Positions 35,840-42,862 of a stretch of DNA of 42,862 nt are shown in pieces. The stretch comes from Ignavibacteriaceae bacterium. Its GTDB lineage: Bacteria > Bacteroidota > Ignavibacteria > Ignavibacteriales > Ignavibacteriaceae. The DNA is taken from NCBI GenBank assembly GCA_046705105.1, contig JBJKQP010000266.1, positions 1 to 42,862 of the forward strand, in the 5' to 3' direction. The stretch's first letter is position 1. Each line of letters opens with the position of its first letter. The translations under genes and the position numbers were made by a program. Under the pieces are notes generated by a model, which was not told where the DNA came from, did not search any database, and saw nothing but the letters and a program-made list of their open reading frames with translations.

Positions 35840-36763
35840 TTGTTTAATGAGACTACGTTTTGGATTGTTTTTGCAATTATTGCAGCAATTATAATTATAA
35901 TTGATTTATATGTAACAGAACATAGACAAGATAAAATAGGATTAAAAAAGAGTTTAATGTGGAGCGGTGTGTGGATAGCCACCGCTCTTTTTTTTGATGC
36001 TTTGTTATTTTTCTACTTAAAGGACGGCAGCAGAAAAAGTTTAGAATTCCTAACCGGATATTTAATCGAATATTCCCTCTCCGTAGATAATCTTTTTGTA
36101 TTTTTACTGATCTTTAACGTGATGAACGTTTCACCTAAAAACCAGCCGCATGTACTAAAATGGGGAATATTAAGCGCTATAGTTTTTAGGATAGCTTTTA
36201 TTCTTGCGGGTGTAAGTCTTATAAATCTATTTCATCCGGTTATTTATATTTTCGGTACAATCCTATTGTTTGCTGCGTATAAAATGGCATTCGGCGGCGA
36301 GGAAAAGATCGATTATGAAAAAAATCCTTTCATTAAAATAATAAAAAAAATATTCAACATAATTCCCGATTACCGGGGGAAAAAATTTTTTGTAAAACAA
36401 AATAAAAAAATATTCGCCACTTCCCTTTTATTAACTCTAATACTGATTGAATCATCTGATATAGTTTTTGCTGTTGATTCGATACCGGCTGTAATTGCTA
36501 TTACCCGCGACCCGTTCGTGATAATAACTTCAAACATTTTTGCTGTACTCGGATTAAGATCGCTGTATTTTGCATTATCCGGTATTGTAGATTTATTTCA
36601 TTTTCTTAAATACGGAGTTGCAGTTATTTTATTCTTTGTAGGTATTAAAATGCTGGGATCGGAGTTATTCACTATACCGACGGAAATTTCACTGGGTATA
36701 ATAATTTTTTGTTTAATACTGTCAATTATACTGTCGCTTTTATATAAGAAGAAGGCCGTTTAA
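35840..36763 (+). CDS. TerC/Alx-family integral membrane protein
   Basis: 307 aa. LTGYLIEYSLSVDNLFVF and ESSDIVFAVDSIPAV are the duplicated TerC motifs. TTG start immediately after an in-frame TAA, with AAGGGA upstream. Confidence 0.85.
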   Translation: MFNETTFWIVFAIIAAIIIIIDLYVTEHRQDKIGLKKSLMWSGVWIATALFFDALLFFYLKDGSRKSLEFLTGYLIEYSLSVDNLFVFLLIFNVMNVSPKNQPHVLKWGILSAIVFRIAFILAGVSLINLFHPVIYIFGTILLFAAYKMAFGGEEKIDYEKNPFIKIIKKIFNIIPDYRGKKFFVKQNKKIFATSLLLTLILIESSDIVFAVDSIPAVIAITRDPFVIITSNIFAVLGLRSLYFALSGIVDLFHFLKYGVAVILFFVGIKMLGSELFTIPTEISLGIIIFCLILSIILSLLYKKKAV

Positions 36764-38135
36764 CTATCCCGTAAAGATGGATGACAGCCGCACCGGTCAA
36801 ACCCACAAGCATAGGTTCTATTTCCCCTATAATTTTAATGCTCATAAAGTTATCCCTTATTAAATACCAGGTTACGCTTAATACTACTGCAGAAATTATT
36901 TCAGTAAATAAAATTTTACTGTCAATTTTAAATGCCGGATAATATGAACTTACTACCGGAAGAATTATCCCGGGAATACAAAGAGATCCGATCGTGTACC
37001 ATATCTCTATTACTGAAGGAATAAAGTACGCCAGCAGGATTGATAGTATGCCAGCTATTATCAAACCGTAAATTGTATATAGTTTCAATTTGTTTTCATC
37101 TTTCTTTGAGGAAATTCTAAAAATAAAATCACGTCCGATTGTTGTTGCGCTTAAAAAAAGAAAGCTGTTCAATGTAGACATAATAGTAGCAAACATAGCA
37201 GCATAGAAAATTCCTTTAAGTCCGGGAGATAATATTTTTTCTGCCAGAAGCGGAAACGACAAGACCGGTTTGGCTAAATTCGGAATAGCTGCACTGGCAT
37301 ATAAGCCTGTGGATGTAGTAAGAAAGTCAAACAATGCCCATAAGAAAACTGAAATTATAATCCCGACGGCAGCAACATTGCCGGTCTTTGCTGCATAGCA
37401 TCTTTGGTGAAAACCCGGATCGGCAAATGTCCACAATGCTATTAGAAACCATACGATAATAAAAGTAGGTGATGCGCCCCCGGTAAGTTCAAGGTGAGTT
37501 TTCGGCAGGTTTGATTCCAGATAATGTATACCTCCGAAAGAATGATAGGCAATAATCAGAACAATAATAAAGCCTCCGAACATTACAAAGAACTGCAGGG
37601 CATCCGCATAAACATTGGACTTAAAACCTCCCTGGAATAGGTAAAGCACGGACAGCAGCAGTGCAAGCACGAGGCTAAGTATAGTGCCGGTACCGAACAT
37701 CATTGAAAGTAAACTTGCCGTCATCAAGAGATAAGGTGCGGGAGAGACAAGAACAAATACCAGAACAGCAGTTGTAAGCCCGACCTTATTTCCGTATACT
37801 ATTGAAAGTTTATCGGGGATTGTAAATAGTGAGGCGGTTCTGATTTTTTTAGCAAAAAATAATGCGAAAATTAAGGCAAAAACATAATAAGGAAATCCTT
37901 GGGTAAACCAGCTTGCCAAGCCGTAACGATATGTAAATTCGCCCACACCCAAAATGCCGCCGTACCAGGTTGATACTGTTGTAAGTACAAAAAGGAACAT
38001 ACCGATTTTTCTGCCGGATAACAGGTAGTCGTCTGCGTTGCTGCCTGTTTTTCTCCCGAAATAAAATCCGATTGACAAAACGGAGATAAAGAAAAGAATA
38101 ATTACCGTATAATCTAGAGGGCTAAAAGAGATCAT
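36726..38135 (-). CDS. Sodium:solute symporter family (SSF) transporter; candidate thiamine or thiamine-precursor importer by context
   Basis: 469 aa, about 13 TM. DYLLSGRKIGMFLFVLTTVSTWYGG is a typical SSF N-terminal signature. The ATG overlaps the TPK stop by 14 nt, suggesting translational coupling. It is the last gene of the TPP-riboswitch operon. Confidence 0.8.
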   Translation of the reverse strand: MISFSPLDYTVIILFFISVLSIGFYFGRKTGSNADDYLLSGRKIGMFLFVLTTVSTWYGGILGVGEFTYRYGLASWFTQGFPYYVFALIFALFFAKKIRTASLFTIPDKLSIVYGNKVGLTTAVLVFVLVSPAPYLLMTASLLSMMFGTGTILSLVLALLLSVLYLFQGGFKSNVYADALQFFVMFGGFIIVLIIAYHSFGGIHYLESNLPKTHLELTGGASPTFIIVWFLIALWTFADPGFHQRCYAAKTGNVAAVGIIISVFLWALFDFLTTSTGLYASAAIPNLAKPVLSFPLLAEKILSPGLKGIFYAAMFATIMSTLNSFLFLSATTIGRDFIFRISSKKDENKLKLYTIYGLIIAGILSILLAYFIPSVIEIWYTIGSLCIPGIILPVVSSYYPAFKIDSKILFTEIISAVVLSVTWYLIRDNFMSIKIIGEIEPMLVGLTGAAVIHLYGIVKRPSSYIKATV

Positions 38136-38775
38136 GATTTTTCATAAAATTAAAATCACGGATGACGAAAATCTTTCCTCCTTTTATTTTTAATTTTACT
38201 TTAGCCGCAATGGAAACGTTACTCGTACTTTCCTTTTCACCGAAAGGAAGAGCAGTTTCCTTAAGAGAATATTTTAATCCGGAAGAAGTAATTTTAGTTT
38301 TTCTATCAAAGCCGTAAAGAGAAATTGTTTCATTAGTTTTGCTGGCAAGTTCAACCTCACCGGTATATGCTTTTAAATATGAATTCTCAGCAGCAATATT
38401 TATTTCGATCTTATCGAAGAATTTTAATACTATACCTAGATTGCAGAAGCTATGATCGAGTCTATCGCCCGTAACGCCAAGCAGCACCGCTTTCTTATAT
38501 TTATTTTTAATAGCAAACTTCAGGCATTTTTCCACATCGGTATCATTCTGCCTTTTAATATTTATTATTTTAGATTTACTTTTGAAATGTTTAAGTACGG
38601 CAGTATCGGAAGAATCCATATCTCCGATTATAAAATCCGGTATCAATCCCATTTTATTTGCGGAATTGGCACCTCCGTCCGCACATATAATAGTGTTATA
38701 ACCTATTCTTCGAAAAAAATCTATAGCACTTTTTTTCGGCCTCTTGCCGTTAGCCAGGATAACACATTTCTTCAA
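38122..38775 (-). CDS. thiN: Thiamine pyrophosphokinase
   Basis: 217 aa. ICADGGAN, IIGDMDS, QNDTDVEKCL and GVTGDRLDH match the TPK catalytic-domain motifs. TTG start with a GAAAGGAA box upstream. Confidence 0.85.
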   Translation of the reverse strand: MKKCVILANGKRPKKSAIDFFRRIGYNTIICADGGANSANKMGLIPDFIIGDMDSSDTAVLKHFKSKSKIINIKRQNDTDVEKCLKFAIKNKYKKAVLLGVTGDRLDHSFCNLGIVLKFFDKIEINIAAENSYLKAYTGEVELASKTNETISLYGFDRKTKITSSGLKYSLKETALPFGEKESTSNVSIAAKVKLKIKGGKIFVIRDFNFMKNHDLF

Positions 38776-38832
38776 TATTAAATTCCTTTCTTTCCAAATC
38801 TCATTCGTGAAGGAAGCAGCATAATTTATGCA

Positions 38833-41301
38833 TCACAATCCGAGTTGCACACCTGCAATAAAATTTCTTTCGGCGGCAGGAAAAAATTCCGCACCAATGG
38901 CATTTGCAGAATATAACTTATCAAACATATTATTTACCTGCAAAAAAATCTTAGAAGGTCCCATTGCTGAAAATTCCTTAAATTCGTATGAGGCATAAAG
39001 GTCTGCAGTAAAATATGCATCGTTTATATTATCTGTATATCCTACAAAGCCCGGATACATTGTTAAATATTCTTTCAGCTTACCCCCGTAATTATCGGAA
39101 TAGAAAGACCCGACATATCTTCCGTTTATTTTTGCAAAGAAATTACCTTTTGAAAAATTTATTCCGAAGTTCGTAAGGAAATCCGGGAAGCCGCCAATTT
39201 TATTATTACTAAGATCAATATAATCAGCCGCATCAATATAATATTTGCCGCTGATGATTCTGTTATTACTATAAGTAGCATTTGCAAATATTTCAAATCC
39301 TTTTGATATACCGAAATTTGACGACAGCTCGATCCCGCTGTGTTCCGTTGATTTCATATTTCCGGTAACCGGCTGTCCATAGATATCCAGCTTGCCGTTC
39401 GGGACAATCTCATTATCAAAAAGCATATAATATAAATTCAAAGATACGCTGAATTTATTGCCGATAATAGATGATCCTATTTCAAAATCATTCATCGTTT
39501 CGGGTTTTACAAGCGGCTTGCTGTAATTATATGAACCATCCGGATATTGTTCAAACTGCGGAACTGCACCGCCGCTGGATTCATCTGCATTATAATACGT
39601 TGTTAACCTAGGGCCGTTTGATACCCGAGCAAACGAAAGGAATAAATTCTGCAAAGAATTAATTTTATAATTAATACCGAACCTGGGATTAATAAACAAG
39701 TTTTTAACCGAAAACGAATGCCCTAAAAATTTTTCATTGTACAGCATATTGTTATTATAAGCTACCTGCACTTCTCCTAAAAGGTTTATTTTATTATTTA
39801 AGTTATATGATTCATGAACAAATCCGTTAATTATATCTTTCCCGCCGTTATAAGAATAATAAGTGTATTGGGAGGTAAGTCCTGCTGGGAGATCCAATCC
39901 GAAGGCGATTTTACCCCAATGGATGGATCTGTGGATTCTAATTTCACCGCCCGCGATAAATTCTCCATTCTTGTGTTTAATGCTTATTCTTGGAATCCAT
40001 CCGTACTGGGTATTATCTACTTCGGCTTTTATAAGTACATCCTGCGGATTCTGAGTCGGATGAAAGCCGAATTGAGAGGTCAATCTTAAATATGTTGTAT
40101 CAGCCCATGAGCCGTCAAAATTAAAAAATCCGTTACCGAAAACTAAGAATAACGCAGAGTTTACAGTTATATTTTTGTTGATTTTATATTCGTTCAAAAT
40201 TTCATAATGAGGCTGTGAAAAGTTTTCAATTTCCGAAGGTCTTCTTAAGACAGTATAAGAATAGCTGTTGTCCGCTTGACCCCAATCGGAATAGTTGGCT
40301 CTTCTTAAATCTTTTCTTCCAATAGCAAATTTAGGAAGCCCCATATAAGCCAATCCGTCTGCAATCGGACCTCCGTAAAAATTAACCTGAGTAGTTAAGT
40401 TTTTATCATACCGGACAGCGGAAATATAATAAGCATTAAACTTTGTCCAGGAGTTATTTCTGTACCCGCCGCTTTTTATCTGCGAAAACTTTGCATACAC
40501 TGAATATTTATTATCGATTAACCCGCTGGAAAATGATGCACTATACTTGCGGGTGTTATAGCTGCCGAGAGCGCCAAGAAAATTAAATCGCGGGTGATTT
40601 GAGAAAGTTGAGGTTATTATATTAATTGAACCTCCAATCGCCGGGTAACCTACAACGCCTGAACCGGCCCCCCTCTGCACTTGTATTACTGCAGTGCTGC
40701 TCAGCAGATCTGGAAAGTCCAGCCAATAAACATTATGGTCTTCGGGATCGTTCTGAGGAATTCCGTTTATCGAAACCGATATTCTTCTTTGATCAAATCC
40801 TCTTATGCTCAAATAATTATAGCCTATCCCGTTCCCATTTTCCGAATAGAAGGTTGTGGACGGCAATTCGCTTAAATATTCCGGCACATCCTGAACAACG
40901 TAATTTTTTGAAATTTCTTTATGGGTTACCTTGCTGAAAGCCAAAGGAGTAACTCCTTCTTTGCCAATACTTCCTTCCACCAAAACAGTTTGCGAGGGAA
41001 TGATTTTAGGCGTAAGCTTTACAATTATCTCTTTTGTCAAATCAATTTTATTAAGAGAAATATTTTCGGTATTATATCCTACGTAGCTGACAGATAAAAT
41101 ATTTGATTTTGAAACTTCGCCGGTTATTGAGAAGTCTCCGTTTAATTTTGTAACCGTACCTATGTTCGTTCCTTCAATAAAAACATTTGCATTGGGTAAG
41201 GGTTTTAACGATTCTCCGTCAAGTACTTGTCCTTTAACAGAAATTATCTGTGCAGAAATTAAAGAAGGGAACATCAAAAAAAGAATAATTAAGTATTTCA
41301 T
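38833..41301 (-). CDS. TonB-dependent outer-membrane receptor with N-terminal CarboxypepD_reg-like domain; candidate thiamine receptor by context
   Basis: Signal peptide ending SLISAQ. CarboxypepD_reg region (VKGQVLDGESLKPLPNANVFIEG), plug (LSIRGFDQRRISVSINGIPQNDPE) and a C-terminal beta-barrel ending in an aromatic-rich strand (NFIAGVQLGL). The track start at 41313 abuts the terminator U-tract. The ATG at 41301 is preceded by GGAG 6 nt upstream, so it is preferred. Confidence 0.85.
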   Translation of the reverse strand: MKYLIILFLMFPSLISAQIISVKGQVLDGESLKPLPNANVFIEGTNIGTVTKLNGDFSITGEVSKSNILSVSYVGYNTENISLNKIDLTKEIIVKLTPKIIPSQTVLVEGSIGKEGVTPLAFSKVTHKEISKNYVVQDVPEYLSELPSTTFYSENGNGIGYNYLSIRGFDQRRISVSINGIPQNDPEDHNVYWLDFPDLLSSTAVIQVQRGAGSGVVGYPAIGGSINIITSTFSNHPRFNFLGALGSYNTRKYSASFSSGLIDNKYSVYAKFSQIKSGGYRNNSWTKFNAYYISAVRYDKNLTTQVNFYGGPIADGLAYMGLPKFAIGRKDLRRANYSDWGQADNSYSYTVLRRPSEIENFSQPHYEILNEYKINKNITVNSALFLVFGNGFFNFDGSWADTTYLRLTSQFGFHPTQNPQDVLIKAEVDNTQYGWIPRISIKHKNGEFIAGGEIRIHRSIHWGKIAFGLDLPAGLTSQYTYYSYNGGKDIINGFVHESYNLNNKINLLGEVQVAYNNNMLYNEKFLGHSFSVKNLFINPRFGINYKINSLQNLFLSFARVSNGPRLTTYYNADESSGGAVPQFEQYPDGSYNYSKPLVKPETMNDFEIGSSIIGNKFSVSLNLYYMLFDNEIVPNGKLDIYGQPVTGNMKSTEHSGIELSSNFGISKGFEIFANATYSNNRIISGKYYIDAADYIDLSNNKIGGFPDFLTNFGINFSKGNFFAKINGRYVGSFYSDNYGGKLKEYLTMYPGFVGYTDNINDAYFTADLYASYEFKEFSAMGPSKIFLQVNNMFDKLYSANAIGAEFFPAAERNFIAGVQLGL

Positions 41302-41313
41302 TTTATACTCCAT

Positions 41314-41340
41314 AAAAAAATAGCCGTTCAGAAACGGCTA
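41314..41340 (-). terminator. Intrinsic terminator forming the expression platform of the TPP riboswitch
   Basis: The minus strand reads TAGCCGTT-TCTG-AACGGCTA followed by TTTTTTT. This is an 8-bp perfect stem, tetraloop and 7-U tract, directly upstream of the receptor gene. Confidence 0.85.
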
Positions 41341-41359
41341 AATCTTAATTATTCTTTTA

Positions 41360-41452
41360 GCCCGTTTTCCTACGCTGGTATTATCCAGATCAGGTTACAG
41401 GGTTTACTCTCAGTCATCCCGAAAAAATCGGGATAACACCCCTAACGGCCTC
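41360..41452 (-). promoter_or_regulatory. TPP (THI-box) riboswitch aptamer
   Basis: The minus strand reads GGCCGTTAGGGGTGTTATCCCGATTTTTTCGGGATGACTGAGAGTAAACCCTGTAACCTGATCTGGATAATACCAGCGTAGGAAAACGGGC. It contains the invariant CUGAGA and ACCUGAUCUGGAUAAU-CCAGCGUAGG blocks. P1 is CCGUU/AACGG and P3 is the hairpin AUCCCGA/UCGGGAU. Confidence 0.93.
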
Positions 41453-41561
41453 ATTCAATAAATAAAAAAACTTCTCTGTAAAACTCCGAATTTATGTTGA
41501 AATATTAATAATTAAATAAGAACAAATAAAGTCTAAAAATATTCAGCACTTCAAGTAGTTC

Positions 41562-42862
41562 TTATTCAATTATAAGCTTTTGTCCAACCTTAATTTTGTT
41601 GCTTGTTAATTTATTTGTTTCCTTTAATTTAGTTACCGAGACATTATTATTTCTCGCAATAGTATAAAGCGATTCGCCGCTTTTTACAATATGAACTTTA
41701 CCGTTAATCTTAGCTAATGCTTTCTTCTCTGCTTTTTTCTCGGAAGCACTTGGTTTTACTTTTAAACTTTTTCCGGCTATAATTTTATTCCCGTCCAGAT
41801 TGTTCCATTTCTTTAAATCCGAGATCGAAACATTATTTGCAACGGCTATATCGCTTATTGTATCGCCGCTCTTTACTATATAAGAACCTTTGGGAGAAGA
41901 TTTTGCAGCGGAATTATCTGTTGTTTTATCGGGGACATCGTTTACATCGGCGTCGGAATAAATCTTAAGTGTATTTCCCGCAACTATTTTGTTGCTTCTC
42001 AGATTATTCCATCTTCTAATATTCGACACCGAGACTTTGTACTTCTCAGCAATTAAACTTATGGCATCACCCTGCTGAACTTTGTAATAATTTACATTTG
42101 CTGAAGTCTTCGGTGCGTTATCACCTAGAGAAGCTTCATTATTGTTCTGGTAAATTTTAAGAGTTTGTCCTATCCGCAAATTATTACTTGCTAAGTTATT
42201 CCATCTTTTTAAAGCAACCGGCGGAACGCCGAACTTAACCGCGAGCCCCCAGATTGTATCACCGCCTCTTACCCTATAGCGGTAAACACTTGTTCTTGAG
42301 TTTATACTGCTGTTTTCGGCAGCCGCTACATAACGGGAGGATCGATCGGTATAAATCTTTAATCTATGACCGGCGTAAATTTTATTACTGCTTAAATTAT
42401 TCCAGTCTTTCAATGAATTAATATCAACACCGAACCTGGCCGCAATAGAATTTAAATTCTCGCCTCTTTTAATCCTGTAGTAAATTAATTCATTATTATT
42501 TTTAGTAAAGGTAGGTTTGGCAGAAGATTTTTCAATTGAAGTTTGATTATCAAGCGCCGCATAAAAATCTTTTTTATCAGACGGGACATAGACTACCAGG
42601 TCCTCGCCTACTTTAATGCTTCTTGTATAAGGAATATTATTCCAGTTCCTAATATCAATTACCCTGGAGTTGAATAAATCGGCTATTCCCAGAAGGTTAT
42701 CATTCTTCTTAACTTTATAATGAACCGGTACCATACCTTCGGGTATCAAAGCTTTTTCGGAAACATCACTGTTGTCTTCATCCGTAGAAGTTTTATTATT
42801 ATCAACCGAAGCCAAATTAACTGTGGAATCGGAAGTATTGGACGAATCGACATTATTATCTT
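41562..42862 (-). CDS. Multi-LysM peptidoglycan-binding protein (MltD-like C-terminal region?), 5' end outside the window
   Basis: Six LysM repeats of about 45 aa (for example YYRIKRGENLNSIAARFGVDINSLKDWNNL...LKIY). The track start at 42815 is an internal TTG. The frame stays open to 42862 (hand translation ...DNNVDSSNTSDSTVN-L-ASVDNN). Confidence 0.8.
   Translation of the reverse strand, partial: DNNVDSSNTSDSTVNLASVDNNKTSTDEDNSDVSEKALIPEGMVPVHYKVKKNDNLLGIADLFNSRVIDIRNWNNIPYTRSIKVGEDLVVYVPSDKKDFYAALDNQTSIEKSSAKPTFTKNNNELIYYRIKRGENLNSIAARFGVDINSLKDWNNLSSNKIYAGHRLKIYTDRSSRYVAAAENSSINSRTSVYRYRVRGGDTIWGLAVKFGVPPVALKRWNNLASNNLRIGQTLKIYQNNNEASLGDNAPKTSANVNYYKVQQGDAISLIAEKYKVSVSNIRRWNNLRSNKIVAGNTLKIYSDADVNDVPDKTTDNSAAKSSPKGSYIVKSGDTISDIAVANNVSISDLKKWNNLDGNKIIAGKSLKVKPSASEKKAEKKALAKINGKVHIVKSGESLYTIARNNNVSVTKLKETNKLTSNKIKVGQKLIIE

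Noticed and set aside
35659-35982. Small ORFs 35659-35847 (+) and 35782-35982 (-) in and around the pdaD/TerC gap
   Set aside because: They overlap the pdaD 3' end or the TerC 5' end and have low-complexity, Ile/Tyr-rich products. They have no ribosome-binding site and no motif.
6769-40937. Other short opposite-strand or alternate-frame ORFs: 6769-6960, 7507-7761, 8446-8628, 8912-9094, 9270-9476, 11373-11582, 11820-12023, 12263-12831, 14679-14936, 15468-15713, 16146-16361, 16711-17232, 18857-19045, 20484-20714, 21111-21356, 23583-23786, 25170-25418, 26158-26505, 27000-27287, 27725-27991, 30640-31005, 33307-33546, 34760-34990, 35116-35436, 38452-38781, 39814-40089, 39863-40054, 40626-40937, 40681-40875
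   Set aside because: Each is fully embedded in a longer ORF that has clear family motifs. None has a recognisable domain, and their compositions are what antisense translation of AT-rich coding DNA produces.
1-42862. CRISPR arrays, transposases/integrases, IS inverted repeats, prophage genes, restriction-modification, toxin-antitoxin or other defence systems
   Set aside because: I looked through all ORFs and intergenic regions. No spaced direct repeats, recombinase or nuclease motifs, or defence-type domains were recognisable. Every sizeable ORF is accounted for by polysaccharide, sugar-uptake, housekeeping or thiamine functions.

Overview
AT-rich bacterial chromosomal window. TonB-dependent receptor with a CarboxypepD_reg-type N-terminus, pyruvoyl arginine decarboxylase and SLC45-like MFS genes beside GH13 suggest an FCB-group or Ignavibacteria-like organism; this is inference only. 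Positions 1-25333 form one unidirectional minus-strand operon of 22 tightly spaced genes for a Wzx/Wzy-dependent exopolysaccharide or O-antigen-like polymer. In transcription order: DegT-type aminotransferase, polyprenyl-P glycosylphosphotransferase, Gfo/Idh/MocA oxidoreductase, LbH N-acetyltransferase, short Wza-like exporter, Wzc tyrosine-kinase co-polymerase, six glycosyltransferases, Wzy, Wzx, two paralogous LbH acetyltransferases, a formyltransferase-like/beta-propeller fusion protein, a SAM methyltransferase, a CE4-like protein, then a distal module of adenylate-forming ligase, membrane-anchored SGNH-like protein, LbH acyltransferase, DltC-like carrier protein and AsnB-family amidotransferase (truncated at position 1). 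A 660-nt non-coding region separates this operon from a divergent secreted beta-helix protein. Downstream lie two paralogous SLC45/GPH-like MFS sugar transporters, a GNAT, a GH13 alpha-amylase, smpB, tyrS, pdaD and a TerC-family gene. A clear TPP riboswitch with a terminator/antiterminator platform then controls a TonB-dependent receptor, thiamine pyrophosphokinase and an SSF-family symporter. The window ends in a 5'-truncated six-LysM protein. I found no CRISPR array, mobile element, tRNA/rRNA or recognisable defence or toxin system. The best candidates for under-described biology are the carrier-protein-dependent polysaccharide modification module (1-4567), the TPP-riboswitch operon in which an SSF symporter takes the usual PnuT position (36726-41452), and the 553-aa fusion protein (12233-13894). 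All functional calls rest on motif reading by eye, with no database search.
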